Virus record (IMG/VR): IMGVR_UViG_3300044641_007115 | Coordinates: 62,001-126,000 of that record | Direction: 5' to 3' (one strand) | DNA: 64,000 nucleotides | Part shown: positions 25,797-36,245 of the stretch, piece by piece | How the letters are laid out: each line of letters starts with the position of its first letter | How positions within the stretch are numbered: the stretch's first letter is position 1 | Made by a program: the position numbers and the translations under genes | The notes under the pieces: generated by a model | Seen by the model: only the letters and a program-made list of their open reading frames with translations | Databases searched by the model: none | What the model was told of the DNA's origin: nothing

Positions 25797-28001
25797 ATGC
25801 GGATCGAAGTAAACGAAACACTAGCCCGGATGCTGGCAACGGAAAATCTTCACATCCGTTACAGTCCATCTACGAAGACTGCCCATTTCGAAGTCAAGAC
25901 CCGTCTCTTGACCCTTCCGCTATACTCCCGCCTAGAACAAATCGTACATTTGCTGTTGGCCGGTCACGAAGCATTCCATGCGTTGTGGACGAAGATAGAT
26001 CGTGCCACCGCTTCGCGCCTGATTGACGCGAACCCGAAGAATGAGAAGCGCGCCGCCCGGTACTTCAACATTTGTGAAGACGTTCGCATCGAAAATTTGG
26101 GCAAGGAACTGTATCCGGGAATGCGCGCGGTTTTCCGTGACGGGTACAAGCTGATGGTCAAGGCCGGATTCTTCGGTGATATGACCAAGATCGACCAGAT
26201 GAGCCTGATCGACCGGGTGAACATCTTCTTCAAGGCCGGGGCGACGGTGAATGTCTCGTTTTCCGAACAAGAAACTCCGCTGGTCCAAGCGATCAATAAA
26301 GCCCGGTCGTTCGATGAAATGATCGCGGCGTGCCGGGCGATCTACGAATACGCCAAGCAACAACAGCAACCCGAAGACGAACCGGATCAGGATCAAGATC
26401 AGGACGACCAGCAACAGCAACAGTCGAAGTCCAAATCGAAAAAGAATCAGAAGGAACGTGAAGAGTCGGAAACCGATGACAGTGACGATTCTGAAGAGTC
26501 TGAAGACGGGGAAGATTCTGAGGATGATGAATCGGATTCCGATCAATCTGAGGACAGCGAAGAGTCTGCCGGTGATGAATCCGGTGATGACGAACAAGAC
26601 GGTGATGATGAATCTGATGCCGGGGATTCGGACGATGCGGACGGTGACGAATCCGATGCCGACGCGGATGATGCGGACGGCGAAAGTGACGATCAACAGG
26701 AAGCCGACAGCGACAAAAAAGAGGCAAAGTCCAAGTCCAAACCGCAAGACAAGAAACCGGAAGAGGGAAGCACCCAAGACGAATTCGATAAGCACCTTGC
26801 CGATCACTGCGATCCGCAACAGTCTTACATCTACACGACTTTGCCGAAGGTCAAGATGGACGCGGCGGTCGTCGATTACAAAATCGTGATGGATGATTTG
26901 ACGAAAGCCTGTGCAAAGGCGTCGTCTGAAACCACGACCCGCCGGACGAAATATGTGCCGAAAAAAGTCTGGTTCGATCATATCATGCGGTCACTCGAAC
27001 CGGATGTGCTGTACATGGTCCAACAGTTCATGATGATGCGCCGGGCAGATCAACACGCGCGCACGCGCACGGCTTCAACCGGGGATCTGGACATGACGAA
27101 GCTGTGGGCGCACCGGATCACCGAAAACATTTTCGCCACCACTGAAATCGTACCTGACGACAAGAATCATGGTTTGGTGCTGGTCGTCGATTGGTCCGGT
27201 TCGATGAAGGGACCGCTGTTTGATGTGCTGGTTCAACTGTTGGCACTGATGTTGTTCTGTCGGAAAGCGGGCATTCCATTCGAAGTGTTCGTCTTCATCA
27301 CGCGCCCGTCTGACAAGGGTGACAGTTTCATCCCGGCGAAAGATTCCGTGTCGGTCAATGGCTTGACCCGGCTCTACAACCTGTTCTCTAGCAGGATGCC
27401 TCAAGCGCACTTCTATCAGATGTGCCTGATGATTTTCAGTTCGTTCGACAATCGGGATTTCAATCCGCCGCTGGCATATCTGGACCCGTCGAAGTATGGC
27501 ACTCCGTTAGGTGAAGCGATGTTGATTGCCAGCGAATTTGTCCCGGAGTTCCAGAAGAAAAACCGGCTTCAGTTCGTTCACACAATCTTCCTCACTGACG
27601 GCGACGGTAATAGCTCCATGACGGTGTGTACGAATCAGCTTGAAGATCAGAAAACACGCCGGACGTATAGCCCTGAACCGAATGAACAGACAGTTGAAAT
27701 TCTTCACCTGTTGCCCCGGATCATCCGTGATCGGACGCGGGCGAAGATGATTGGGTTCTATGTTGGATTGCCGACAGCGCGCATGCTGCAAGACTCGAAG
27801 ACGAAATATCAGGCCGCGAATGACTTGCTTCAAAAAGAGGGCTTCATGTCGGTCAGCGGGACGCATTACGATGCTTTCTACGTGCTGAATCCGGCCATGA
27901 GCGTGCCCACTGTCAGTACCACCGGTGATCCGACCGAACAGATTCAGATGCGCCGCAAATCGCGGGTCATGCTGCAACAGTTTATCAAGATGATCGCTTG
28001 A
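25797..28001 (+). CDS. CobT-like metallopeptidase/vWA protein with acidic linker
   Basis: LARMLATENL, GHEAFHAL, ED.RIE, D/E/S-rich linker, DWSGSM, LTDG. Confidence 0.85.
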   Translation: MRIEVNETLARMLATENLHIRYSPSTKTAHFEVKTRLLTLPLYSRLEQIVHLLLAGHEAFHALWTKIDRATASRLIDANPKNEKRAARYFNICEDVRIENLGKELYPGMRAVFRDGYKLMVKAGFFGDMTKIDQMSLIDRVNIFFKAGATVNVSFSEQETPLVQAINKARSFDEMIAACRAIYEYAKQQQQPEDEPDQDQDQDDQQQQQSKSKSKKNQKEREESETDDSDDSEESEDGEDSEDDESDSDQSEDSEESAGDESGDDEQDGDDESDAGDSDDADGDESDADADDADGESDDQQEADSDKKEAKSKSKPQDKKPEEGSTQDEFDKHLADHCDPQQSYIYTTLPKVKMDAAVVDYKIVMDDLTKACAKASSETTTRRTKYVPKKVWFDHIMRSLEPDVLYMVQQFMMMRRADQHARTRTASTGDLDMTKLWAHRITENIFATTEIVPDDKNHGLVLVVDWSGSMKGPLFDVLVQLLALMLFCRKAGIPFEVFVFITRPSDKGDSFIPAKDSVSVNGLTRLYNLFSSRMPQAHFYQMCLMIFSSFDNRDFNPPLAYLDPSKYGTPLGEAMLIASEFVPEFQKKNRLQFVHTIFLTDGDGNSSMTVCTNQLEDQKTRRTYSPEPNEQTVEILHLLPRIIRDRTRAKMIGFYVGLPTARMLQDSKTKYQAANDLLQKEGFMSVSGTHYDAFYVLNPAMSVPTVSTTGDPTEQIQMRRKSRVMLQQFIKMIA

Positions 28002-28026
28002 CATGTATGTCAATTCCGGGTACAAT
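27998..28026 (+). promoter_or_regulatory. early promoter TTGACA-17-TACAAT with TTGACAT-GT-ATGTCAA palindrome
   Basis: consensus elements; ATG at 28034. Confidence 0.8.
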
Positions 28027-28033
28027 GGGACTG

Positions 28034-29179
28034 ATGACAAAACTGACCAACGAACAAAAGAAGTTTCTGGCGGCGGTGGCGGCGGAATTCAGCACGAACG
28101 GTGAACTCCCTTCATCTATCACCGTTTCGCAAATATCTCTTTTGGTCGGTCGCGGATACAAACGTCCGAACTGGCTCATGACGCGCGACAAGCAAATGTC
28201 AAAAGATCGTTTCATGCTTTCTGAAGCGTTGTGGCAATCGGCGGATTTACAGGCCCCGGAAACCGTTACGACTGCGGGTACACTGGATGATGAAGACACT
28301 GTGCAACCTCTTACCGAATTCATGCCTGACCGTGACCCGCTCTATGTCCCGGAAGGTGCCTACTTCAAACTTGTGAAGTTGTTCAAGTCGAAGCGATGGG
28401 TCCCGATGTGGATCACCGGTCCTACGGGCGTCGCCAAAACAATGAGTATCGAACAGGCGTGTGTCGCCGCCGGGCGGGAATTTTTCCGCATCCAGATCAC
28501 GAAAGAATCGGACGAAGCTGCGTTGTTGGGCACGTTCCATTTGCGGAATGGGGAAACCGAGTTTGTCCAGTCGCGTGTCATTACGGCGATGGAGCGTGGC
28601 GGCGTTCTTCTTCTGGACGAATGCGATTTGGCGTCGGATAAGGCCATGTGCCTTCAGCCGGTGCTTGAAGGGAAGTCGGTGTACCTGACCCGCGCGAATC
28701 GCACGGTGACGCCCGCGCCCGGTTTCCAGTGCGTCGCTACCGCGAACACGAAGGGACGCGGCGATGACACCGGAATGTACTTCGGCACCAACATGGTCAA
28801 CGAAGCCTTTCTGGACCGCATTGCGGCCATGACAGTGGATCACGGGTATCCGAACCCGGCCAATGAGCGCACGATCTTGAAGCGTGTCATGCAAGCGGCG
28901 GGCATCATGGACGAACAGTTCATTGTCCAGCTTGTTGCGTGGGCCGGGAAGTGCCGTGAGAACTATGACCAAGGGGTTATCTCCCACACAATTTCCCCGC
29001 GCCGGTTGTGCCGCATCGTCGAAGCCTACGCCATTTTCGAAGACAAGGATGATGTGGTGGATATGTCGCTGGCCCGCTTCAATTCAGTGGATCGTGCGGC
29101 GATGAAACAGTACTTCACCATGTTCAACGGCACGACGATTCCACCGGATCACTCTTCGAATCAGTCTCAGACGTGGTAA
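28034..29179 (+). CDS. CobS/MoxR-like AAA+ ATPase
   Basis: GPTGVAKT, LLLDECD, ATANTKG.G, NEAFLDR, IS.RRL. Confidence 0.9.
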   Translation: MTKLTNEQKKFLAAVAAEFSTNGELPSSITVSQISLLVGRGYKRPNWLMTRDKQMSKDRFMLSEALWQSADLQAPETVTTAGTLDDEDTVQPLTEFMPDRDPLYVPEGAYFKLVKLFKSKRWVPMWITGPTGVAKTMSIEQACVAAGREFFRIQITKESDEAALLGTFHLRNGETEFVQSRVITAMERGGVLLLDECDLASDKAMCLQPVLEGKSVYLTRANRTVTPAPGFQCVATANTKGRGDDTGMYFGTNMVNEAFLDRIAAMTVDHGYPNPANERTILKRVMQAAGIMDEQFIVQLVAWAGKCRENYDQGVISHTISPRRLCRIVEAYAIFEDKDDVVDMSLARFNSVDRAAMKQYFTMFNGTTIPPDHSSNQSQTW

Positions 29180-29264
29180 GTCGGATTCCAAATTTTACTC
29201 TCCATACCCCGTGATAGCTTGGTCTAAGAGCCACCGATCACGGGGTTCTACTTTTTGGAGAGCA

Positions 29265-29990
29265 ATGTCAATCAAACTCACACCAGACACCATCGCAATT
29301 CTCGAAAACTATGCTGCCATTGCGAAGGGAGTCATCCTCAAGCCGGGCCGGGAACTCAAGACCCTGAGTAAGTCCGGTGCATCGGCGGCGGCGGCAACGA
29401 TCACGGAAGATTTCCCCCATCAGGTTCCGATTCACGACATTCTGAATTTCCTGAATGTCTTGGGCCTGTTCAACGAACCGCTCATCGACTTCAACGAAAA
29501 CAACAACTACATGACCATCACGGACGCGACTGACCCGTCGCGGAGCACGCGGTTCATGTACAGTGCGCCGGAACTCATGCGTTCACCGTCCGGTCGCATC
29601 AAGCCGAAAGGCCCGGAAGTCTGTTTCAAGTTGACCGAATCTCAGTTGTCAGTTCTGGTCAAGGCGACGGCGGTTTTGAAGAAGCCTGAATGGGCGGTCA
29701 TCAGCAACGGCAAGACGATCAAGCTGGTCACCTACAACAGCAAGGAACCGAACAGCAACGACTTCTCACTGATCGTTGAAGGCGAACCGAACGGCGTGGA
29801 ATGCACTTCGGTGTTCAGCTTCGAAAACATCCGCTTGCTCAAGGGCAATTACGATGTGATCGTGACTGAGCAACTTGCGCAATTCACCAACACGGATCGC
29901 GCGTCATCTGGCGGCGAACTGGTCTACTGGATCGGAGTCGAAGCCAGCACGAAGTTCAACACCAAACGCGGCGAAGCCGCCGGGAACTAA
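29265..29990 (+). CDS. gp45: DNA polymerase sliding clamp gp45
   Basis: KL...T..IL.N, I.D...FL, EN..LL.G.Y.V, YWI..E; synteny. Confidence 0.9.
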   Translation: MSIKLTPDTIAILENYAAIAKGVILKPGRELKTLSKSGASAAAATITEDFPHQVPIHDILNFLNVLGLFNEPLIDFNENNNYMTITDATDPSRSTRFMYSAPELMRSPSGRIKPKGPEVCFKLTESQLSVLVKATAVLKKPEWAVISNGKTIKLVTYNSKEPNSNDFSLIVEGEPNGVECTSVFSFENIRLLKGNYDVIVTEQLAQFTNTDRASSGGELVYWIGVEASTKFNTKRGEAAGN

Positions 29991-29998
29991 ACATCCAC

Positions 29999-30940
29999 AT
30001 GGAAACGAACGACCGCCAATTCTTGTGGGTGGAAAAATACCGTCCAACCAAGATCGCGGATTGCATTCTGCCGGAAGCGATGAAGAAAACCTTCGTGGAC
30101 ATCGTTGCTTCCGGCTCAATGCCGAACATGATCTTCTCTGGTCGTCCGGGCATCGGTAAGACTACCGTTGCCCGCGCGCTGTGTGAAGAAATGGACCGCG
30201 ATTACTTGTTCGTTCCGGCCAGCGAACAGGGCAACATTGAAACGCTCCGGTACACCGTTCGGCAATACGCCGGGACGATGGCTTTCAACGGCAAACCCAA
30301 GGCGGTGATCTTCGACGAAGGCGACGGCATGACCAAGGCCGCGCAAGATGCGTTGCGGTCATTCATCGAAGAGTTCTCCGTCAACTGTAACTTCATCTTC
30401 ACGGCCAACAACAAAGGTAAGATCGCGGAAGCGATTCGTGAATCCCGGCTGGTCCCGGTTGACTTCACCATCCCCAAGGTGGAGAAGGCAACGCTGGCCC
30501 GGCAATTTTTCGAACGGGCGAAAGAGATTCTGGATTCGGAGAAGATCGTCTATGATCCGAAGGCCGTCACTCAAATCGTTCTTCGGAACTTCCCCGACTT
30601 CCGTAAGATTCTGAACCAGCTACAGTACCATAGCAAGTCTGGTACTTTGGTCTTCGAAGAAGGTGTCGGGACGGCACAGATCAAAGAGGTCATTGACAAG
30701 CTGGCCGAAAAGGATATGTCCTTTGTCCGGCAATGGGTTGCGCAAAATGCGGAGAATGACACGCAACACATCTACCGCCGGATCTATGACGTGCTCTACG
30801 ATAGGCTGGTACCTTCGACCATTCCCGATGCGATTGTTGCTCTGGCAAAATATCAGCATTGGGCAATCACGGCGGCGAACCAAGAAATCAACCTCATGGC
30901 TTGCTTAGTTGAGATTGCGGTAGTGTGCCAATTCAAGTAA
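29999..30940 (+). CDS. gp44: clamp loader large subunit gp44
   Basis: LWVEKYRP, GIGKTT, ALR.FIEEFS.NC, FPDFR. Confidence 0.95.
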   Translation: METNDRQFLWVEKYRPTKIADCILPEAMKKTFVDIVASGSMPNMIFSGRPGIGKTTVARALCEEMDRDYLFVPASEQGNIETLRYTVRQYAGTMAFNGKPKAVIFDEGDGMTKAAQDALRSFIEEFSVNCNFIFTANNKGKIAEAIRESRLVPVDFTIPKVEKATLARQFFERAKEILDSEKIVYDPKAVTQIVLRNFPDFRKILNQLQYHSKSGTLVFEEGVGTAQIKEVIDKLAEKDMSFVRQWVAQNAENDTQHIYRRIYDVLYDRLVPSTIPDAIVALAKYQHWAITAANQEINLMACLVEIAVVCQFK

Positions 30941-31041
30941 GAAGGACATCATGCAAGAAAATCAACAACCCGATCCAGACGACGTGTTGGCGGACGTAAT
31001 TCGCGCGTTCGCCCCGCACTTCATTCGCTACATGGAAGAAC

Positions 31042-31458
31042 ATGGAACTGAAGGACGTACTGACTAGTCTGTTCAAGACCAAGGAAGACTTGGCAACAGA
31101 GATTGACGGCCAACGGGAACTGGTGGAAGCACCCGGCCCGTGGGTCATCAATCGCATGGTTTCATTGTTCCCGGATTGTGTTGGTGATGTCAACGAAATC
31201 AACACAATCCAAGGGATCGATGCGGTCATGCAATATGACTTCCTTCGGTTCCGGTTGAAACCGCGCGCGAAGACGTTTACACCGTGGCTTAAAGCGGAGA
31301 AGCCGACCGAAGATGTGAAGTTGGTCATGGAGTATTACAAGTACTCCGAAGAGAAGGCGCGCGAAGCGCTGGAACTTCTGACTGACGATCAGTTGGAGTT
31401 GATCCGGGAGTCGTTTTTCGAAGGCGGGGTAGTGAAGAAAAAAGGAAAGAAAGACTAG
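31042..31458 (+). CDS. gp62: clamp loader small subunit gp62
   Basis: INR.S.FPD, MQYDFL, YY.YS.EKA..AL..L. Confidence 0.9.
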   Translation: MELKDVLTSLFKTKEDLATEIDGQRELVEAPGPWVINRMVSLFPDCVGDVNEINTIQGIDAVMQYDFLRFRLKPRAKTFTPWLKAEKPTEDVKLVMEYYKYSEEKAREALELLTDDQLELIRESFFEGGVVKKKGKKD

Positions 31459-31682
31459 CTTTTCGGCGGCGTTTGCGGAATCAACTTCGCAATACGCGGT
31501 TTGAAGATTTTCTGATCGCCCTTGTTTGTATGCGCGACGGGCTGACCATGTTCGTCGCGCGAAAATCCTTTGATCGTCGCCCGGCGATTTTTGAATTTGC
31601 CCACCATCAACTCATCACCGACTTCCAGCTTGGGAAGTTCTAGTTCGGCGATGAACTCAGCGAAAGATTTCACGGGCACCAT
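31455..31682 (-). CDS. putative internal head protein
   Basis: KSFAEFIAE; ACTAAATA 5 nt upstream of ATG; GKFKN motif. Confidence 0.7.
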   Translation of the reverse strand: MVPVKSFAEFIAELELPKLEVGDELMVGKFKNRRATIKGFSRDEHGQPVAHTNKGDQKIFKPRIAKLIPQTPPKS

Positions 31683-31696
31683 GCTAGTATTTAGTT

Positions 31697-32188
31697 ATGG
31701 CCTTCTACATCGAACTTCCTCCCCGTGGTCCGCTGAAAACTCATGAGTTCAAATCGCCACAACAGGCGGATCGAATTCTGTCAGAGATTTTCAAGGGCCG
31801 GAAGTATGAAGAGGGTGAGCACTTCGGCGGGGTGTGGATTTGCGCCGATGGCAACTGCTACTCCGAAACGGAATGGCCGATGAATCAGTACATCGCCGGG
31901 GTGCCGGGGACTGTCGTTCTGACCAACCGTGGACCCGGTTTCTCTTCTGGCGAAATCTCCCGCGCGTGCGCGAACGTATCCCGGAACTGGATGACCATCG
32001 ACGAAGCGGAACAGCACCGCCCGCCGGTCATCCAGATGGAATTGAATGTCAACTACTGCCGGGTGAAGATCATCGGTGAATCGACGCCGGAAGGTATGTT
32101 CTCTGTCGATCCGTTTCTGGATTATGTTCGTTCGACGGCGAAGCAGAATGATGCTGTTGTTGAAATTGAACGGGTCGTCTCTGCCTGA
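31697..32188 (+). CDS. hypothetical protein
   Basis: 163-aa coupled ORF. Confidence 0.6.
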   Translation: MAFYIELPPRGPLKTHEFKSPQQADRILSEIFKGRKYEEGEHFGGVWICADGNCYSETEWPMNQYIAGVPGTVVLTNRGPGFSSGEISRACANVSRNWMTIDEAEQHRPPVIQMELNVNYCRVKIIGESTPEGMFSVDPFLDYVRSTAKQNDAVVEIERVVSA

Positions 32189-32514
32189 TGTCTGGCCGGA
32201 TTGTCCACTGCCGGAAAGAACCCTACGACATCTATATCGGTCGCGGGAAATGTCCGGCGACCGGGAAACCTTCCATATGGGGCAACCCTTATTCTCACAA
32301 ACCTGATACAGCCGCCCGCTTTCGCGTGGAAAGCCGCTCTGAAGCCATCGCCGCCTATGAACGGTACATCCGCTCCCGCCCGGATTTGATCGCAGCCTTG
32401 GCCGATTTACGTGGCAAGACGCTAGGATGCTGGTGCCATCCGAAGCCGTGCCACGGATCGGTACTGATTCGGATGGCCGAAGAATTTCACGGACTGGCTT
32501 CCTTTTTCTCTTGA
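32188..32514 (+). CDS. DUF4326 family protein
   Basis: YDIYIGR, WGNPY, L.GK.LGCWC.P..CHG.VL. Confidence 0.85.
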   Translation: MSGRIVHCRKEPYDIYIGRGKCPATGKPSIWGNPYSHKPDTAARFRVESRSEAIAAYERYIRSRPDLIAALADLRGKTLGCWCHPKPCHGSVLIRMAEEFHGLASFFS

Positions 32515-32539
32515 CATATAGGTCGGATCTTGCTATTCT
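32511..32539 (+). promoter_or_regulatory. early promoter TTGACATATAGGTC...TGcTATTCT
   Basis: 17-nt spacer; leader GGAGAGAACG shared with the 62557 promoter. Confidence 0.8.
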
Positions 32540-32559
32540 GGCAATGGAGAGAACGACCA

Positions 32560-33816
32560 ATGACGACTTCACCCGCTGTCAAAGAAACGATGCCCGCGAT
32601 CACGCTGGCTTACTACCAGATTCCCGATATCAACTTCACCGCTCTTGAAGAGAAGATCGCGAAATTATCGCGTCGCTCCAAGCGCTTCGGGATGGGTGAG
32701 ATCACGATCAATGTCACGAACGTGACTCCGCACGAATCCGGCAAGTACAACTTGTTGACCGTCGAACTCAAAGGTGCTGAGCCGGTCGTCACCGGCTGGT
32801 ACTTCGTCGCCAGCATCAGCCACGATCACGAAACCGGCAACATCCTTCGCTACACCCCGCCGTTCACCGCCGCCAACGTCGATGAGAAGTACCGCACGAC
32901 CGCCGCGATCTGCGAACACTGCAAACTGAACCGCCAGCGCAAAGACACCTACGTCGTCCGACACCAGACCACGGGCGAAGAACGTCAGGTTGGTCGCACG
33001 TGCCTTGGTGAGTTCTTCAACGGTGCGAATCCCCATCACATCGCGGAATACAGCGAAATGTTGGGCAACATCGGCATCCTGATGGACGAAGCGACTAACC
33101 CGCCCGTCGCGACCGGATCGATGATGCGCAAGCCGCTCTTCTACAATCTGAAGAGCCTTCTGACGACCGCCGCCGCTGTGATCCGTGTCAAGGGCCGCTT
33201 CGTGTCGGGTGGTCAGGCTTACAACGACCGGAGCTTGGTTTCGACCGCCAGCATCGTCAAGGACATCCTGTGGTTCGTGAATCCTGAATTGGTGGCGATG
33301 TACGCTCCGACTCCGGCGGACGAAGCGATGGCCGAAGCCGCGATTGAGTGGGGTGCGAACGTCGAAGCCGACGCCAGCAACGACTACCTGTGGAACGTCC
33401 GTGTGCTCTGCACTTCGGAAATGCTGACGACACAGCAGATCGGTTTGGCTGTCAGCATCGTGGGTGTCTACCTTCGGGAAAGCGCTCCGAAGCCCGCTGG
33501 CAACGCTTACGTCGGCACCAAAGGAGAACGGCTGACCTTCACCGGAACGCTTCTGGAGATTCGCCCGACTCAGTTCTCTACGCTCTACAAGTTCGTGGAT
33601 GACGCCGGGAACGTCCTGAAGTGCTTCTCCAAGTCGCTCGAAGTTGAAGTCGGTGCCAAGGGAATCTTCACCGGCACGGTGGTGGATCACAAGGAATGGA
33701 AGGGTGCCAAGGAAACGGTCCTGACCCGCATGATGGTCGGTGCGCCCAAGGCCAAGGCTAAGGCCGATAAGCCAGTGAACACCAAAGAATTTGCCACCGT
33801 CGAAGTGCCCTTCTAA
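32560..33816 (+). CDS. early phage protein with Zn-finger and C-terminal OB-fold
   Basis: CEHC...R.R..TY, QVG.TCL; C-terminal G..GER...G.V..H.E.KG...T.L.R. Confidence 0.7.
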   Translation: MTTSPAVKETMPAITLAYYQIPDINFTALEEKIAKLSRRSKRFGMGEITINVTNVTPHESGKYNLLTVELKGAEPVVTGWYFVASISHDHETGNILRYTPPFTAANVDEKYRTTAAICEHCKLNRQRKDTYVVRHQTTGEERQVGRTCLGEFFNGANPHHIAEYSEMLGNIGILMDEATNPPVATGSMMRKPLFYNLKSLLTTAAAVIRVKGRFVSGGQAYNDRSLVSTASIVKDILWFVNPELVAMYAPTPADEAMAEAAIEWGANVEADASNDYLWNVRVLCTSEMLTTQQIGLAVSIVGVYLRESAPKPAGNAYVGTKGERLTFTGTLLEIRPTQFSTLYKFVDDAGNVLKCFSKSLEVEVGAKGIFTGTVVDHKEWKGAKETVLTRMMVGAPKAKAKADKPVNTKEFATVEVPF

Positions 33817-33856
33817 GGGGCGCTTCGACATATGAATCGGATGTTATACTGATTTC

Positions 33857-34837
33857 GTGAGCACAGAATCGGTCGCTGTAATCGTCGGGAGATTCCAGAT
33901 CCCGTCAATGGATGACGAATTCAAAGTCATGATCCGGCTGGTCAAAGAGGCCCACCAGTTCACGATGTTGATGTTGTCTAGTAACCCGGTGCCCGGAAAC
34001 CGAGAAGAACCGTTGAGTTACGTCATGCGCTGCATGATGATCCATGAAGTCTTTCCAGATTTGTTCATCGCCCCGCTGATGGACATGGCAAGCGCGAAAA
34101 AATGGGTGGCGGTTCTGGAAAGCCGCGTGCGTGAGTCTTTTCCGCTGATGACGGCACGTATCTATGCAGCGCCGGAAATCGTCACCATGTACAAAGACTC
34201 CGGTGGTGTGTTGCCGGTCACTGAATTGACTGGACCCAACATCACCAAAATTCTCCCGGCGGTTCGGGAGAAGATCGTCAACAATACTGATTTCCGCAAG
34301 GGAGTCATCTATGCAACGAATCACACACACAAAAAAGTCCTTTCGACTGTAGACGGAGCAATCATCCGGGGTAACGAAACCCTGTTAGGACGGAAGCACA
34401 ACGAATCGGCATGGCGGTTCATGGGCGGCTTCACGGAAGTGACCAGTGAATCGGATGAAGAGGATCTGAGCCGCGAAGCGATGGAAGAAACCCGCCTCAA
34501 GATCAAGCCCGATGACTGGTATTACCTTGGCCGGGTTCGTGTTAATGACTGGCGATATATCAACAGCGGAGACGTGATTCGCACCGGGTTCTATGTCACA
34601 TTCGATTTTGAAGGGGAACCTGTCGCCGGGGACGATCTGGCGGAAGTTCGTTGGGTGAGTCTGGACGCTGAGTCGGATGAGATCCCGTTGGTCCATGAAC
34701 ACCGGCATCTGTGGGACCGGCTTCAAGCGGCAAGGAACGCGGTGTATGAACAGCACACCGCGAACAAACGCGCGGAAGAGGCCCGGCGGAAGCTGATGGA
34801 ATCGATCACACAACAGGAAGAAGACGTACCATTCTGA
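33857..34837 (+). CDS. NadM-like NMN adenylyltransferase / Nudix fusion (HxGH degenerate)
   Basis: VIVGRFQ, PL....R, DFR.GVIYA, Nudix box GGF...RE..EET, AGDD. Confidence 0.8.
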   Translation: MSTESVAVIVGRFQIPSMDDEFKVMIRLVKEAHQFTMLMLSSNPVPGNREEPLSYVMRCMMIHEVFPDLFIAPLMDMASAKKWVAVLESRVRESFPLMTARIYAAPEIVTMYKDSGGVLPVTELTGPNITKILPAVREKIVNNTDFRKGVIYATNHTHKKVLSTVDGAIIRGNETLLGRKHNESAWRFMGGFTEVTSESDEEDLSREAMEETRLKIKPDDWYYLGRVRVNDWRYINSGDVIRTGFYVTFDFEGEPVAGDDLAEVRWVSLDAESDEIPLVHEHRHLWDRLQAARNAVYEQHTANKRAEEARRKLMESITQQEEDVPF

Positions 34838-34856
34838 AAGGAAGAAAAACAGACGC

Positions 34857-36245
34857 ATGATTTTACGACGGACGGACTCCTACAAGGTAGGACATTTCGG
34901 GCAATACCCGCCGGGAACGAAGATGATTCATTCGTATCTCGAAGCGCGTGGTGGCATGTTTCCACGGACTGTAGTCTTCGGAAACCGCTACTACATGGAA
35001 CGCTACATGGCCGGACAACAGGTGGATTTGCCGTCCATCGATCAAGCGGAGAAGCACGCCTATCATCACTTCGGTAACGGTGACATGTTCAACCGGGCCG
35101 GTTGGCTCCATATCCTCGAAAAGCACAAAGGGCGGCTTCCGTTGCGGATCTGTGCGCCGCCGGAAGGCACGGTGGTTCCGACTGGCAACGTGCTGATGAC
35201 CATTGAAAACACGGATGAAGCCGTTCCGTGGTTGACCAACTACGTCGAAACGATGCTCATGCGGGAATGGTACCCGTACACGGTTGCTTCGCTGAGCTAC
35301 TACTGTCGTGACATCATCCTCAAATACCTGATCGAAACCGGCACGCCGGAAGACATCTGGTTCAAGTTGCATGATTTTGGCGGACGGGGCGGATCGTCCA
35401 CGGAAACCATCGAAATCGGTGGTGCTGCCCACTTGGTCAATTTCAAGGGAACTGACACCCTCGAAGCCATCGACTTCCTGTTCCGGTGGTACGACGCCAA
35501 CTTCGAAAACTATCCGGCCTTCTCTGTCGCCGCGTCTGAACATTCCACGATGACGACGTGGGGCCAGAAACGGGAACGCGACGCTTATGCGAATATGCTG
35601 GAAAAGTATCCGACCGGCATTGTCAGCGTCGTCAGCGATTCGTGGGACATCTTCAACGCGGTAGACAAGATTTGGGGACAGGAACTCAAGGATAAGGTTC
35701 TGAACCGCAACGGGCGTGTAGTCATCCGGCCCGACTCCGGTGAAGTCATCCCGACTTTGATTGCCATTTTCCGGTCACTGGAAGCCCGCTACGGCATGGA
35801 AACGAACGCGAAGGGATACAAGGTCCTTCCGCCGCAAATTCGCGTCCTGCAAGGCGACGGCATCACGTCCTTGACCATCGAACCGATCCTTCAGGCGCTC
35901 AAGGCCGAAGGCTGGTCCGCTGACAACATCGTGTTCGGTATGGGCGGCGGTCTTCTTCAGAAGGTGGACCGGGATACCATGTCGATGGCGCTGAAGTGCT
36001 CCCGCGCCCTCATCGGCGATGAAGAGATCGATGTCTACAAGGCGGCGCGCGGTAAGGGTTCGAAGCGTGGTCGGTTGGCATTGATCGCCAATGGCGACAG
36101 CTTTAGCACGGTGCGTATCAATGAAGCGGAGATCCCCGGCAACGTTCTCAGTCCCATCTTCCTTGACGGTGACAGCACCAGCAAGCCGACCATCTACGAC
36201 ATTCGCAAACGCTCCACCCCGGCACTTCTCCGGGCGGCGGCATGA
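34857..36245 (+). CDS. nadV: nicotinamide phosphoribosyltransferase
   Basis: TDSYK..H, LHDFG.RG, ASEHS, VSDSWD, IRPDSG, QGDG, FGMGGGLLQ. Confidence 0.95.
   Translation: MILRRTDSYKVGHFGQYPPGTKMIHSYLEARGGMFPRTVVFGNRYYMERYMAGQQVDLPSIDQAEKHAYHHFGNGDMFNRAGWLHILEKHKGRLPLRICAPPEGTVVPTGNVLMTIENTDEAVPWLTNYVETMLMREWYPYTVASLSYYCRDIILKYLIETGTPEDIWFKLHDFGGRGGSSTETIEIGGAAHLVNFKGTDTLEAIDFLFRWYDANFENYPAFSVAASEHSTMTTWGQKRERDAYANMLEKYPTGIVSVVSDSWDIFNAVDKIWGQELKDKVLNRNGRVVIRPDSGEVIPTLIAIFRSLEARYGMETNAKGYKVLPPQIRVLQGDGITSLTIEPILQALKAEGWSADNIVFGMGGGLLQKVDRDTMSMALKCSRALIGDEEIDVYKAARGKGSKRGRLALIANGDSFSTVRINEAEIPGNVLSPIFLDGDSTSKPTIYDIRKRSTPALLRAAA

Noticed and set aside
26350-26780. Low-complexity GAT/GAC/GAA-rich stretch resembling a repeat array
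   Set aside because: It encodes the acidic linker of the CobT-like protein; there is no fixed repeat-spacer periodicity, so it is not CRISPR.
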